This document shows, piece by piece, positions 40,917-50,981 of a DNA stretch of 64,000 nucleotides; position 1 is the first letter of the stretch, and every line of letters begins with the position of its first letter. The translations under genes and the position numbers were made by a program. The notes beneath the pieces are model-generated. The model did not search any database, had not been told where the DNA came from, and was given only the letters and a program-made list of their open reading frames with translations. The stretch lies in IMG/VR virus record IMGVR_UViG_3300028859_000015; one strand, written 5' to 3'. This DNA is from a virus (taxonomy: Duplodnaviria > Heunggongvirae > Uroviricota > Caudoviricetes).

Positions 40917-41321
40917 ATGCTAACACCCTATCTACAACTTAAGGTAAATCCCTCAGCTGCTCCAGAAACTCAGACTAATCTTGAAGCTATTGATGCTGCC
41001 TTTGGTTCTCTGCTGACTGTTTATACAGCTACACTTTCTGCTGGCACTGTTACAGTCCTCAATGCTACAGTACCAACTACAGCACTAAGTCGTATTGTTT
41101 TTGCTAGAACAACTGCTGGCGGAACTGTCGGCACTGTTTCTTGCACCCTAACTGCTGGAACTTCTATTGTCTTTTCTAGCTCCAGTTCTTCAGATACCAG
41201 TGTAATTAGTTATCAGGTAGTAAATTCACCAGCTTCTTTCGTTCTTGGTGAAGAGCCCGCATTTGTTGCCGATGCTAGTGCGGATACTCAGACTGTTCCA
41301 GCACAGATTAAAAATTACTAA
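40917..41321 (+). CDS. Ala/Thr/Ser/Val-rich protein on plus strand with its own terminator
   Basis: SD AAAGGAGA 7 nt upstream. Local GC is much higher than surroundings. Followed by the terminator at 41345..41370. Confidence 0.55.
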   Translation: MLTPYLQLKVNPSAAPETQTNLEAIDAAFGSLLTVYTATLSAGTVTVLNATVPTTALSRIVFARTTAGGTVGTVSCTLTAGTSIVFSSSSSSDTSVISYQVVNSPASFVLGEEPAFVADASADTQTVPAQIKNY

Positions 41322-41344
41322 TACTATATAAAGATTATTAATAT

Positions 41345-41370
41345 GGCCCGATTAATTTCGGGCCTTTTTA
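41345..41370 (+). terminator. rho-independent terminator
   Basis: ggcccg-attaattt-cgggcc followed by ttttta. Confidence 0.65.
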
Positions 41371-41520
41371 TTACCTATAGCTAATGTAATCATAGTAGAA
41401 GATATTAAAAGATACAAAATAGCTGGCCAATTACTGTCTCTAGCCCAAGCATCTAAGGAACATAAAAAGAAATATAAAGCAGCTGTGATTTGAACCCAAA
41501 GCTCAAGCATCTTAATCTCC

Positions 41521-42021
41521 TTAGAGTTTCATGAAGACTTCGTCAGCAGGAACAGGGCAATTAACAATCCAAACCATATTATCCTTAACTTTCCACATAC
41601 TCAAATCAACATAAGAAGGAATAACTACTTCCTTAAATACATTAAGTCGCAAAGAACTAAAAGAATAAATCGCTCTATTAGCAAGTATTTCATTATTAAG
41701 AATAATGAAAGCATCCAAATCTTTAGGTTCATGAAGAGTTAAAGTAATACCTTCAAGATGATATTTTAGCAAATTAATAGTATCATACAATTCGTCAACT
41801 TTAGCTGTATACATATAAAGTTTAGTAGTAATTGGGAACTTACCAATAGTGCTTCTTACTATTTCTGGATGAAGCATAGGCTCACCACCAGTTAAATAAA
41901 CCTCATCCCAAGTATCAAAATTGTCAATTACTGGAACTTTGTCAAAATCAATTCCTTTATTACAACAACCCTCACAAGACCTATTACAATCACGAAACAG
42001 AAGAAGTCTAAGTTTTTTCAT
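41521..42021 (-). CDS. small radical SAM protein (NrdG-like activase or QueE-like)
   Basis: CNRSCEGCCN (CxxxCxxC) near the N-terminus and LTGGEPML SAM-binding motif. 166 aa. Confidence 0.6.
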   Translation of the reverse strand: MKKLRLLLFRDCNRSCEGCCNKGIDFDKVPVIDNFDTWDEVYLTGGEPMLHPEIVRSTIGKFPITTKLYMYTAKVDELYDTINLLKYHLEGITLTLHEPKDLDAFIILNNEILANRAIYSFSSLRLNVFKEVVIPSYVDLSMWKVKDNMVWIVNCPVPADEVFMKL

Positions 42022-42918
42022 TTTAGCTTCGTTTCCTCATATAGATTAGCTGAATCTTCGTTTATCTTTGAAAAAACCTTCCTTTTTTACCACACATCCA
42101 AGGAAATATTCCCCACATTCTAAACTCTTGGCAAAAAACCATATTATCTGATTCCTTTATCCTCTTACTTCCATCAGTAAGGTCAATTTCAACACTACTA
42201 AAATGCTTACGTCTTTGGCATACGTAAGGTCTAGAATCGTTAGGTTTAATATATTCACAATTAATACAGAGATTAATTTCTTTTTCTTTTTTAGGCTTAA
42301 AGGGCCACATTAAAGCCACCCGATTTGTTTAGAAATTTCAGGAGTCATACCGCCCAAGGAATTAAATCTCTTCATAAAAACATCACTAAAAGGAAGAGAC
42401 CTATCAAAATAAATATGTCCTGGACTAGCAAATCTATATAAACTGGCCATTTCAATATGAGACATCATATTAATCTTATCTAAAGGCTGTTTAATTTCTG
42501 TATTAGTCATGCTGCTTCTCCTTAGCTTGACAACCTTCGGGCTTTTCAACCCAAACTTCATTATACCTGTCATAATAGTTCCCTTTTCTATCCCACTCAT
42601 ATCTTCCAATATGGCTCTTAAAAGCACCTACATCATCACAGCCACATTCAGGACATACAGTCCTTTTGGAACCATCCCAAGGAACATAACCACAATGACA
42701 TTGATATCTAAAAGTCCATGGACCAATTACATGAACAGCCTGAGAAGAAAAAAGAGTTTTCCAGAAAACACCCATTTTAGTCTCCTATCATCAAGGAAAA
42801 AGTTTACCGGCCCCCTATTAGACACGTTTGAGCTCAACTTCATGAAACCTCCAGGCACGATTATTCCATGAGGATTGATATTCAGATGTTACAAAAAAGT
42901 AAGTCAACGGCCCAATAC

Positions 42919-43344
42919 TTACCAAGGCATAAGTTTATTTTCATCATCCATGTCAGACCACATTTTACAAAATGCCATATTTTTTGCCATTCTAACAATC
43001 TCAGGACGATGATGAGAACAAAGCAAATCACACATAAAAACAGTGTCAGATGCCCTCAAACCACTCCAAACATTATTCCATTCAAGGCCACACTGAGTTC
43101 TTCCAACAGTAAACATCTTTGAATAAGCTGCTTTAAGCTGAGCCATAACAAGAAGATATCTTGCTTGAATCATGCTCTCATGAAGCATAGCAGCATCAAC
43201 AATCTTCATTCGTTCATAACTAGGCATCTTACAGAGTTTGTCAATAATTTTATTCTGTTTCTCAATTGTAGGAATATTGAGAAGTTTCCTAGCATATTTC
43301 TTTTGACGCCAGTTCTTTCCACAAAGATAGAAGGTTTCTTTCAT
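42919..43344 (-). CDS. hypothetical protein
   Basis: 141-aa ORF. Confidence 0.4.
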   Translation of the reverse strand: MKETFYLCGKNWRQKKYARKLLNIPTIEKQNKIIDKLCKMPSYERMKIVDAAMLHESMIQARYLLVMAQLKAAYSKMFTVGRTQCGLEWNNVWSGLRASDTVFMCDLLCSHHRPEIVRMAKNMAFCKMWSDMDDENKLMPW

Positions 43345-43399
43345 GTTAAGCCATCCTTTCAGTGATGGAAGATTAATGTGGTTGTGTATACTGTTTTTA

Positions 43400-43451
43400 T
43401 CAAAAAAACTAAGTCAACGATATCTGAAAATTATACAGATATCGTTGACTT
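43400..43451 (-). terminator. strong rho-independent terminator
   Basis: Perfect 16-bp inverted repeat aagtcaacgatatctg/cagatatcgttgactt with a 9-nt loop. T7 run on the minus strand immediately after. Confidence 0.7.
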
Positions 43452-43455
43452 AAAA

Positions 43456-43540
43456 TGGTGCTTCCGACGAGCCACGACCTCGTAATCCTTTTCAGGCGCG
43501 GGTTTTTAAGACCCGAGTGTATACATTCCACCACGGAAGC
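43456..43540 (-). tRNA. candidate class-II tRNA-Leu(UAA) with encoded CCA
   Basis: Hand fold of the minus strand: 7-bp acceptor GCTTCCG/CGGAAGC. U8, A14. 3-bp D stem. Anticodon arm CGGGT-CTTAAAA-ACCCG (U33, anticodon UAA, A37). 15-nt variable arm with CCT-GAAA-AGG. T arm ACGAG-GTCGTGG-CTCGT. Discriminator A73, then CCA. D- and T-loops are non-canonical. GC-rich island in AT-rich DNA. Confidence 0.45.
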
Positions 43541-43587
43541 TTTATATAAAATATTATCGTCACAGTCTAACAAAACTTTAACAAATT

Positions 43588-43680
43588 TTACAATTTACTT
43601 AGTCCCATTAGAAACCACTTAAGACCTAAAGCAATCGCAAAAGCAATTCCAACATATACAAAAGCTTGTGGCCAAGACAT
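43588..43680 (-). CDS. 30-aa hydrophobic mini-protein
   Basis: Strong SD GGAGGAA 5 nt before ATG. MSWPQAFVYVGIAFAIALGLKWFLMGLSKL. Below the ORF-track cutoff. Confidence 0.4.
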   Translation of the reverse strand: MSWPQAFVYVGIAFAIALGLKWFLMGLSKL

Positions 43681-44731
43681 AATTCCTCCAAGAATTAGTT
43701 TGTGTATGCTGTTTTTTGGTTTATATTTTCTTATTTTTGTTAGAGTTATGTTAAAAAATAACGAATAATTAAACGAAGTTATTTAGAGCTAAAAACTACC
43801 TAACAGAATATTTTTTAACTACGTAACGTAAAAAAGCACCTGAGAAATAGAAACAAAAGGTATTAAAAGATAACATCCAGACTAACCAATCAATAAACCG
43901 TAAAAAAGATAAAACACTAATATACAAGCATAATTTAAATAAGTTAATCATTTTTATTTTGTGGGTAAAAATATAAAAACGGTTTCTTTCCTTCCAAGCA
44001 TTCTATAAATGAATGAAGTATTTTAATATCTTCTCCATCCTCTTCCAATTTTTCTGCTAAAAATTTAACATATTCAATAGACCCTTGTTTATCTCCTTGA
44101 TGAGCTAAACGTAAGGCCGTCATAATTATAGTTAAATGTTTCATTTTTATGCTCCTATTATTAACAAAAAATAACAATACTTGAAAACATACCTTCATAT
44201 TTAAAACTCAATAACGCAATACAGTCCTCCTGATTATCATAAATATTATTTTTATAAGCCTCACGAATGGTTTCCATTTGGTCAAAAAAGTCTTCTTTAT
44301 CGCAAATATTCTCAGATAAACTAACAAAACCTACAAATTCATTATTTGGAAGCTTAAAAATAAATAAAGAACAGAGCTCTTTATCCGGGCCCTCTTGTGG
44401 TTGATGAAATTCAACTATCTCGTCAGAAAGCCCTCCAGCTTCATATATTTTACGTTCAGCCTCAGTTAGTGGGCCAAAATCTGGATTGGGATTAAAGGGA
44501 ATGATATTATCAGTCATTGCTGAAATCCTTTATGGAAGTTCTGGAGAAGTCTTTCTCTTTTGGTTTAGAGAGCCGCTTTTGACCATCAGCATTTTCTGAT
44601 TCATGCCAGGGACAAATGCTACAATCTTTATTTTTATTTGTTACTACTTTTTTATATGTTTTCTTATATACAGAACGATTAGATGTAGATTCCATTTCTT
44701 CTTTTGGTTTCATTTTATTTTCTCCTTAAAT

Positions 44732-44785
44732 GTAAAATAGTAGCTATTATCAATATTAAACGTAAAATAGTAGCTATTATCAATA
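44732..44785. promoter_or_regulatory. two 24-bp direct repeats (30-bp period) in a promoter region
   Basis: gtaaaatagtagctattatcaata occurs twice, 19-72 nt upstream of the minus-strand gene starting at 44713 (SD AAGGAG). Confidence 0.5.
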
Positions 44786-46659
44786 CAATACCTACACATT
44801 GTAAAACAATAACTAAAAATGAATAACAAAAACTAATAAATTTAGCAATCATTGTAACTCCTATCTATTCTTTAATTAATTTTGTAAAAATCAATAGTTT
44901 GTTAGTATTTAATGGCATATACTAAAAATATATGCCCTTTAAATATTAAGAACTATTCTAAATCCTTTATATAAACTCTTGTTAAACTACTCTCCTCAGA
45001 AATTAAAGTTGTTCGTAAATTTTGGGTTTCTTCTTTTGAAGGAACTCTATAAAGATTAGACAAAACTTCGTGAACATGGTTACAAGTAGGACAAGTTTCT
45101 AATTTTTGCCCTTGAATTCTAAAATATTTATTCATATCTTCATATGTAATTTTACCTACATCATCTCCATTTGTTTCATCCACTTGATTTTCCCATAGTA
45201 TTTTACCTTTACAAATACTACATTCAGGCTCTGTCATATCATGATAATAAGTATCTTCCGAAGTCAAATGCCCATTCTCACAAATTAGTTGAACGTAACC
45301 TTCATAGGACATAATAGTCTCTTTGATTAGCTCAAGTAAAGTAGTCATATTAATATGTATCATTACTCATAATTACATACATTTGTACGCGCTCAATTAG
45401 AGTTAGCTCAACTTCACAGGTATCGTCCACAAAACGTCTAACTCCTTGAGCATCAAGAAACTCAGAAAGTTCAAGAGCCTCAGCAGCTCTTAGTTCTTGT
45501 TCAAGATTCATGATTTATTTCTCCTCAAAAAAATCAGTTTGATTAATTTCTACATACTTTCTCTGTTCATTAATTTTTCTCATTTCATCAATGAATTTAA
45601 GAGTATTTGCCCACTTATATTTAATGTTAGCTCTAATATCAGCCATTTTCTTTTCTGTAGTTTTATCTGTATTAGCATGAATAATACTTAGTTGAAGTTT
45701 GATTTGGTCTTTATCAGAGAATTCAAACATTATTTTTTATCCCTATAATTATCAATAGCCCAGGCGCCAGTTGTGATTATGCAACACGCACCTGCTGTTG
45801 CCAGTAAAGATAAAAATGTCTTAGCTCCAGCCTCGGGGGCGTTCAGCACAACAATAAAATACATAAGGCTTAATACACTAAAAGTAAATATAATTATCCC
45901 CATACCAAAAGTGATAATAGCCATTGCTTTATTCATTTCCTTTACTCCCCTCAGGAAACTGGCATGAAGTTATGTAAAATGTCTAATACGTCTTGGTCTT
46001 CTCTTTAATTTTCTTACTTTAGACCTAGTTAAAGGACTATTTTCAAATAACTCTAAAAGATATTTAACTTCCTCTTTATCTGGCTTTTTATTCATACTAA
46101 CCTCCACCCATAATAAAATTAATGATACTAAACCATACTCTGCTAATAAGGTATGGTTTTTTTCTTAGCCCTTTTAGTGCCATATTAGCCTCCCTATTCA
46201 GATTGAGCCTGTATAACGTATTAGATTATACAGGATTAATATGAATTATCTGCGCTTTTTTCTACCTAAGTGCCTATTATTTATATACTTTGACATACCT
46301 GAGAAACCAAAACTCAGAGTATCAAAAAGAAAATTATATGCGCTAAGCATTCCAAACCTCCGCAAAAAATTATCCCCTGATTAGGTGTATAATCTATAAC
46401 ACTATACTAAATACAAGAAACTCTATGAATTATACCAAAAAGCTTGTTTCTGGGATTTTATCTTAATCGTCATCAGTAAGAGAAATAGCAGTTATAACAA
46501 AAATAAAGCAGGTAATCCCGGTAGGAAGCGCAACCCAAGAATAACCATGACAAGTATAATAAACACCTAACCAAAGAGTCAAAATAGTAAGAAATAGAAA
46601 TAGAGCAACCAATTTCTTCATGTTATTCTCCTATACAGTCAATCATTTAGCCCAGAAAA

Positions 46660-47373
46660 TTAAACTACTGAATTTATATCATCAAATATAACCTCTATTT
46701 TTTCTTTTGTTAAAGCAGCAGCATATTCCGCTATAAGTTTAATGTCAGGGTGTGCAGCCTTAGACATACGAAGCTTAAAAAAGTTTCTTAAACTTCTAAA
46801 ATTAAAGGTAGCTATTAACTCTGTTTTTGTGGCATGTGGTAAAAATGTTCTTGCTTCTTGAGGAGTCCAACCAAGTTTAAGAGCTTCATGATAGCTTTTA
46901 AAAGCTTCACATAAACCATTATACCAGAACACCTTTTCTTCATCTGATTTATTTATTAAATGGTAGGGGTAAATAACCTGCCCTCCACCTTTTTTACTAT
47001 AATTAACATATCTTGTGCTTTCTTGTGAATAAGAAGCTATTCTATGCCTTACAACCTCATGACTAATGCCTCTATCAATTACTAGTCTAAAAGAAATTAC
47101 AGCAGCATGTTCAATAGTGCTTTCATGATGAGTTACGTGAACTAACTTATTAACTAATACTTTATCTGACCCAGGTTTGATAGCACCCTCTGATTTATAA
47201 CAAGTTCTCATAATACGTTCTAAACAAGGGAGTATTTTATCCCAATTAATAATGTCTTCATTTTCAATAGATACTGAAGGAGCAATAACTTCTACATCAC
47301 CAATAAATAAATGAGAATCTAATTTTACAGCTTGTTTAACTTCTTCTAAATGTAATTTCAAATCTTCAAACAT
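46660..47373 (-). CDS. thyX: flavin-dependent thymidylate synthase ThyX
   Basis: ThyX signature RHRIASYSQESTRY (RHRxxSxxxxSxRY). Confidence 0.85.
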   Translation of the reverse strand: MFEDLKLHLEEVKQAVKLDSHLFIGDVEVIAPSVSIENEDIINWDKILPCLERIMRTCYKSEGAIKPGSDKVLVNKLVHVTHHESTIEHAAVISFRLVIDRGISHEVVRHRIASYSQESTRYVNYSKKGGGQVIYPYHLINKSDEEKVFWYNGLCEAFKSYHEALKLGWTPQEARTFLPHATKTELIATFNFRSLRNFFKLRMSKAAHPDIKLIAEYAAALTKEKIEVIFDDINSVV

Positions 47374-48169
47374 TATAGTTTACCAGTTAGATAGTAGCTT
47401 TTTTAATTATTCCTCTTTCTTTGGAGTAGAGGGAAACATAGCATTAACAACATCAATAACTAAACAGACAAGAGCAGTCATACCAATATTGTACACCAAT
47501 ACCCAATTAGTTAGAGGAGTATCAAATACCTTATCAAGTATCGTCAAAATAGCATACCAGATAACAAATCTACTAATATTTTTCTTTAGCATATAAAATC
47601 TCTTTCTAGAATAGGTAGAATAACAAAATTAGATTTCTCTGGATCTTTTTCAATACCGCATACATGGCATTTCATGTTTATCTCCTAGAAAATGTCCAAT
47701 TCTCAACTTCCTGTATGAATAAAAAATATATAAGGCTAATGAATCCAAAGACCCATTAGCCTTATAGTTACTTAGAGAATAGAATTTTTAGGCAGTAGAG
47801 TAAACAATGTCAAACTTCCACTAATATTAAGATGTAGATGAATTTCTCTATTTGGACATTTACTTCTCTGAGACATGGCAGAACTATAATTGATGTTGTG
47901 CTTATTACACCACAAAGCAAAACTACCAGGACCAATAGCAGTTACCGCATTTCCTTGTCTTATAAGAAATTTAGTAGTTCTCTTATGATCGCTTGGAGAT
48001 TTGACAGCAAGAATTACAGTATTATTGAGTAGCTCAAGAGTTGGAATATGTTTTGGCATAAGGCCTCCAATAGTTTACTAGAGAAAAAAGAAAAGAATGC
48101 CTCCAACAATAAATCCAACACCAACAGAGAACTAATATTTACCTTTCAAGCTATCTCCTTAAATGAAAA

Positions 48170-48222
48170 GAGCAGTAGTAGATTCAGAATATTCTATATC
48201 CCTATCTATCTTAATACTGCTC
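48170..48222. ncRNA. structured repeat element, copy A (covarying stem-loop)
   Basis: Outer stem gagcagta/tactgctc. Inner palindrome agaatattct. Conserved core gtagattcagaata...tatctatcttaata. See copy B at 52966..53018. Confidence 0.5.
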
Positions 48223-48310
48223 AACTAACAGTAATATATTATATTATAGGATTTGTTCATATAGGCTACATAACTCCTCCTTTGAGGAAGACTTTAGGTC
48301 TTCTATATAA

Positions 48311-48342
48311 ATGAAAAAAGGCTCCCTAAATTAATAGGGAGC
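48311..48342 (-). terminator. rho-independent terminator after the J-domain gene
   Basis: ggctccct-aaattaat-agggagcc with a T6 run on the minus strand. Confidence 0.65.
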
Positions 48343-48369
48343 CAGTAAGCATGGGAATATTAGATATAT

Positions 48370-48963
48370 TTAAAAATACCTACCAAAAGATTTATACCAA
48401 GGAAGCAAAGTTAATGACACATCTACAAGTGTATTTTCAAAAGTATAAGATTTATTAAAATATTCTTTTTGTATTGGATTAAGCTTTGTCTCTAAAAAAC
48501 ACAGAACAGAGTAAAATACTATTAATTCATGTGATTCATCTATAAGATCTACTGAGGTAGTAAATAAAGTCTTATAATCATAAATATTATTAATAGTAAC
48601 AATTAAAGTATTATCTAAATATACAATTTCAAATGTTTTAGCACGTCTAGATAAAGATAGGACAATATTATCTATTTTACCCTTAATACACTCTTTTACC
48701 CGCCAAATCTTATCTTCTGTCTCACTTTCTGAACTGTATGAATAGTTATTATCTTCATTAGTAGAAGTTTTCTCACATTCTTTAAAAGAAGTATTTAGCA
48801 AGAGATTTTTAGCAAGTGTAAGACCTCTAAACATTTCTACTGAACCGCCTGTATCTGGATGGCATATTAGACTCACTTTCCTAAAGGCTTCTTTAATTTG
48901 GTTGTCTGTAGGATTCTCAGATTCGTTAAATCCAAGAATAAGTAAAGCTAATTTATCAGGCAT
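48370..48963 (-). CDS. J-domain (DnaJ-like) protein
   Basis: ILGFNESENPTDNQIKEAFRKVSLICHPDTGGS: HPD tripeptide in J-domain helix II/III context. Confidence 0.75.
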   Translation of the reverse strand: MPDKLALLILGFNESENPTDNQIKEAFRKVSLICHPDTGGSVEMFRGLTLAKNLLLNTSFKECEKTSTNEDNNYSYSSESETEDKIWRVKECIKGKIDNIVLSLSRRAKTFEIVYLDNTLIVTINNIYDYKTLFTTSVDLIDESHELIVFYSVLCFLETKLNPIQKEYFNKSYTFENTLVDVSLTLLPWYKSFGRYF

Positions 48964-49493
48964 CTTAGTAACCCTAGGTTAGCTATCTGTGTCGTCCCTG
49001 TTTCCTTTGCCCATATTACAATCCTCACACAATATCTGAAGGTTTGAAAGCTCAAAAGCTAATTCAGGATATAGATTTTTTGGCTACCTTTAAAGGGTTT
49101 TATACTTCTATATATTTCAGACATTAGTTTTTGACATCTACATAAGGTTTCGTCATAAGCCATCTTTGTTTATCCTATAAAGGAGAACTATATCTATTAA
49201 ATTTTTATATTAATAGGCATTATCTACTTCCTTATGGGTTGCTCGAACTTCGTTCTCTCAACCCAGTTCTCAGCTTCGCTTCGAACGATTTATTTTTGTT
49301 TTGAACTTTTATCTTTTAGGCTTTGCTTGAAGGTTAATATTTAAGCGACAAGTTGCTGCTTTATTATCGTATAATATTGGAGAAACTTTAGGGTTTTTGA
49401 AAATAAATATTTGACTGTGTAAGTGTTGAGTTAGTTTGTGTAATCCCAGTAATTTTAATTGTCTACTGGGATTAGACCTACTAACCTATATTA

Positions 49494-49742
49494 TTACTTA
49501 TTAGACTTGCTGTCTTTCATGCCATCATCAAATCCACGGCACCAGAACCTATATTCCCTGGTATCTGGAGCATAAGGACATTCTCTGACTTTGGTCTTTC
49601 GATATGTCTTGCCAGAGACATATCCAGACTTTGCTGCTTCAATGATGGACGGCTTTTGGTTCTTGAGCTGTTGTGGAATAAGACCAACAGCATCAATAGT
49701 GATACCAGATTTTGCAAGGGCCTGACCAAGAGCAGTGGACAT
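49494..49742 (-). CDS. hypothetical protein, homolog of 57998..58291 (SIIEAA-SGY...TREY-FWC-GFD family)
   Basis: Shares SIIEAAKSGYVSGKTYRKTKVR..PY..TREYRFWCRGFDDG with the 58-kb copy. GC about 43% vs about 27% background. Confidence 0.55.
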   Translation of the reverse strand: MSTALGQALAKSGITIDAVGLIPQQLKNQKPSIIEAAKSGYVSGKTYRKTKVRECPYAPDTREYRFWCRGFDDGMKDSKSNK

Positions 49743-49902
49743 AAGTCCTCCTTAAAGAGAAAAGTTATAGGTTATTAGCTTTAGGGACTAATTATGAGAA
49801 TTGAATTAAATAACTCAGTCACTCTATCTGAGCAATAGAATCAATTCACCCACCACTTATTTAGTGTCTATAGAGTTTATGGGAAATTAATTATTTTTAT
49901 CT

Positions 49903-50139
49903 TTAATTATGTTGATTAAATATTTGATTCCATACCTGCTTATTTACTTGATTCTCTACTTGATCCCATACTTTATGGTGTAATTCATTAGCTACTTGAT
50001 TCCATACTTGCCTAAGTATTTGATTACTTATTTGAGTCTTTATTTGGTTACTTGCTTGATTATAAACTCTATTCCTTACTTGACTACATACTTGATTCCC
50101 TACTTTATTATCTACTTGACTCCTTACTGATTTAAGCAT
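49903..50139 (-). CDS. MLKSV-(xNQV)n tandem-repeat small protein
   Basis: SD AAGGGGA. Start ATGCTTAAATCAGTAAG. Body is 12-nt repeats N-Q-V-x. Confidence 0.55.
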   Translation of the reverse strand: MLKSVRSQVDNKVGNQVCSQVRNRVYNQASNQIKTQISNQILRQVWNQVANELHHKVWDQVENQVNKQVWNQIFNQHN

Positions 50140-50218
50140 TATTTATCCCCTTCATTGGTTTGTTAGTACTTGATGGAATAGCTATAAAAGCTACTCCACT
50201 AAATACTAAAATCAAATA

Positions 50219-50557
50219 TTAATCAGCAACGTTCCTCGTATAACCCTGAACATATTCCTTCTGAATATAGGATTCAAAGGTCTTACCAGCAGGAAGATTG
50301 AAATGGCCATGTTCTTCATGAGTGAGTTCGGCAGGAGCTTCATCCACATGAAGATAAATCTTACCTTCCAGCTCGTAGGCAGAAATACCAGGAATGGCCT
50401 CAACAGCATGATGATGGCCAGTCACTTCTCCATCAGCAAGAATATATCGGCCATTCACGGCTTCCAGCTTCTTGGCATTTGTTGGAATTGAAGAAACTTC
50501 CTCAACAAATACATCACCCTGACGAGCCTGCTTGTCAAACTTCTTGTTAGTCTTCAT
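50219..50557 (-). CDS. hypothetical protein (GC-rich cargo)
   Basis: 112-aa ORF. GC about 42%. Confidence 0.5.
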   Translation of the reverse strand: MKTNKKFDKQARQGDVFVEEVSSIPTNAKKLEAVNGRYILADGEVTGHHHAVEAIPGISAYELEGKIYLHVDEAPAELTHEEHGHFNLPAGKTFESYIQKEYVQGYTRNVAD

Positions 50558-50770
50558 TGATTTCTCCTCCAGAGAAAGGTTTTGTTGCTTTATTAATTTT
50601 TGACTTTATAGTTATAGCTTTGTGTAACTCTGTAATATCTAATAGACTTGATACTTCTATGTTAATATCATTACTAACTTTTTTCCATACTATATAATTT
50701 ACATTATTAAAGACACATCCACTTACTTGGGCTGTTACTTTACTTAACATCTCCCTTTTAACAGAATTAA

Positions 50771-50977
50771 TCATGTTTTTAAATCCTCAGTAATTATTTC
50801 TATTCTTATTTGCTCTCCTATTCCTATGAATGCTGTACTATCTATTTGATTACTTACTTGACTACTTACTTTCTTATTTATTTGGTTACTTGCTTGATTA
50901 AACACTTGATTAAACACTTGATTAAACACTTGACAGAATATTTGATTTCTTACTTGGGGCTTTATTGATTTGAGCAT
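50771..50977 (-). CDS. MLKSI-(xNQV)n tandem-repeat small protein
   Basis: Internal Met MLKSIKPQVRNQIF of track ORF 50771..51085. Directly follows the stop of the 328-aa gene. Confidence 0.5.
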   Translation of the reverse strand: MLKSIKPQVRNQIFCQVFNQVFNQVFNQASNQINKKVSSQVSNQIDSTAFIGIGEQIRIEIITEDLKT

Positions 50978-50981
50978 TTTA

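Noticed and set aside
42310-42775. Two ORFs (42310-42627 and 42503-42775) overlapping by 125 nt in different frames.
   Set aside because: I cannot decide which is real; at most one is likely to be fully correct. Neither has an identifiable function, so I have not listed them as features.
43456-43540. Plus-strand reading of the same island as a tRNA with anticodon UUA (ochre suppressor).
   Set aside because: The plus-strand fold lacks a D-arm or T-arm fit and has no 3' CCA. The minus-strand fold gives a complete class-II cloverleaf with A73 plus CCA.
47772-48059. Possible M15-type peptidase or endolysin (SDHKR...HLHL).
   Set aside because: The motif order and spacing do not match the SxHxxGxAxD...H signature well enough.
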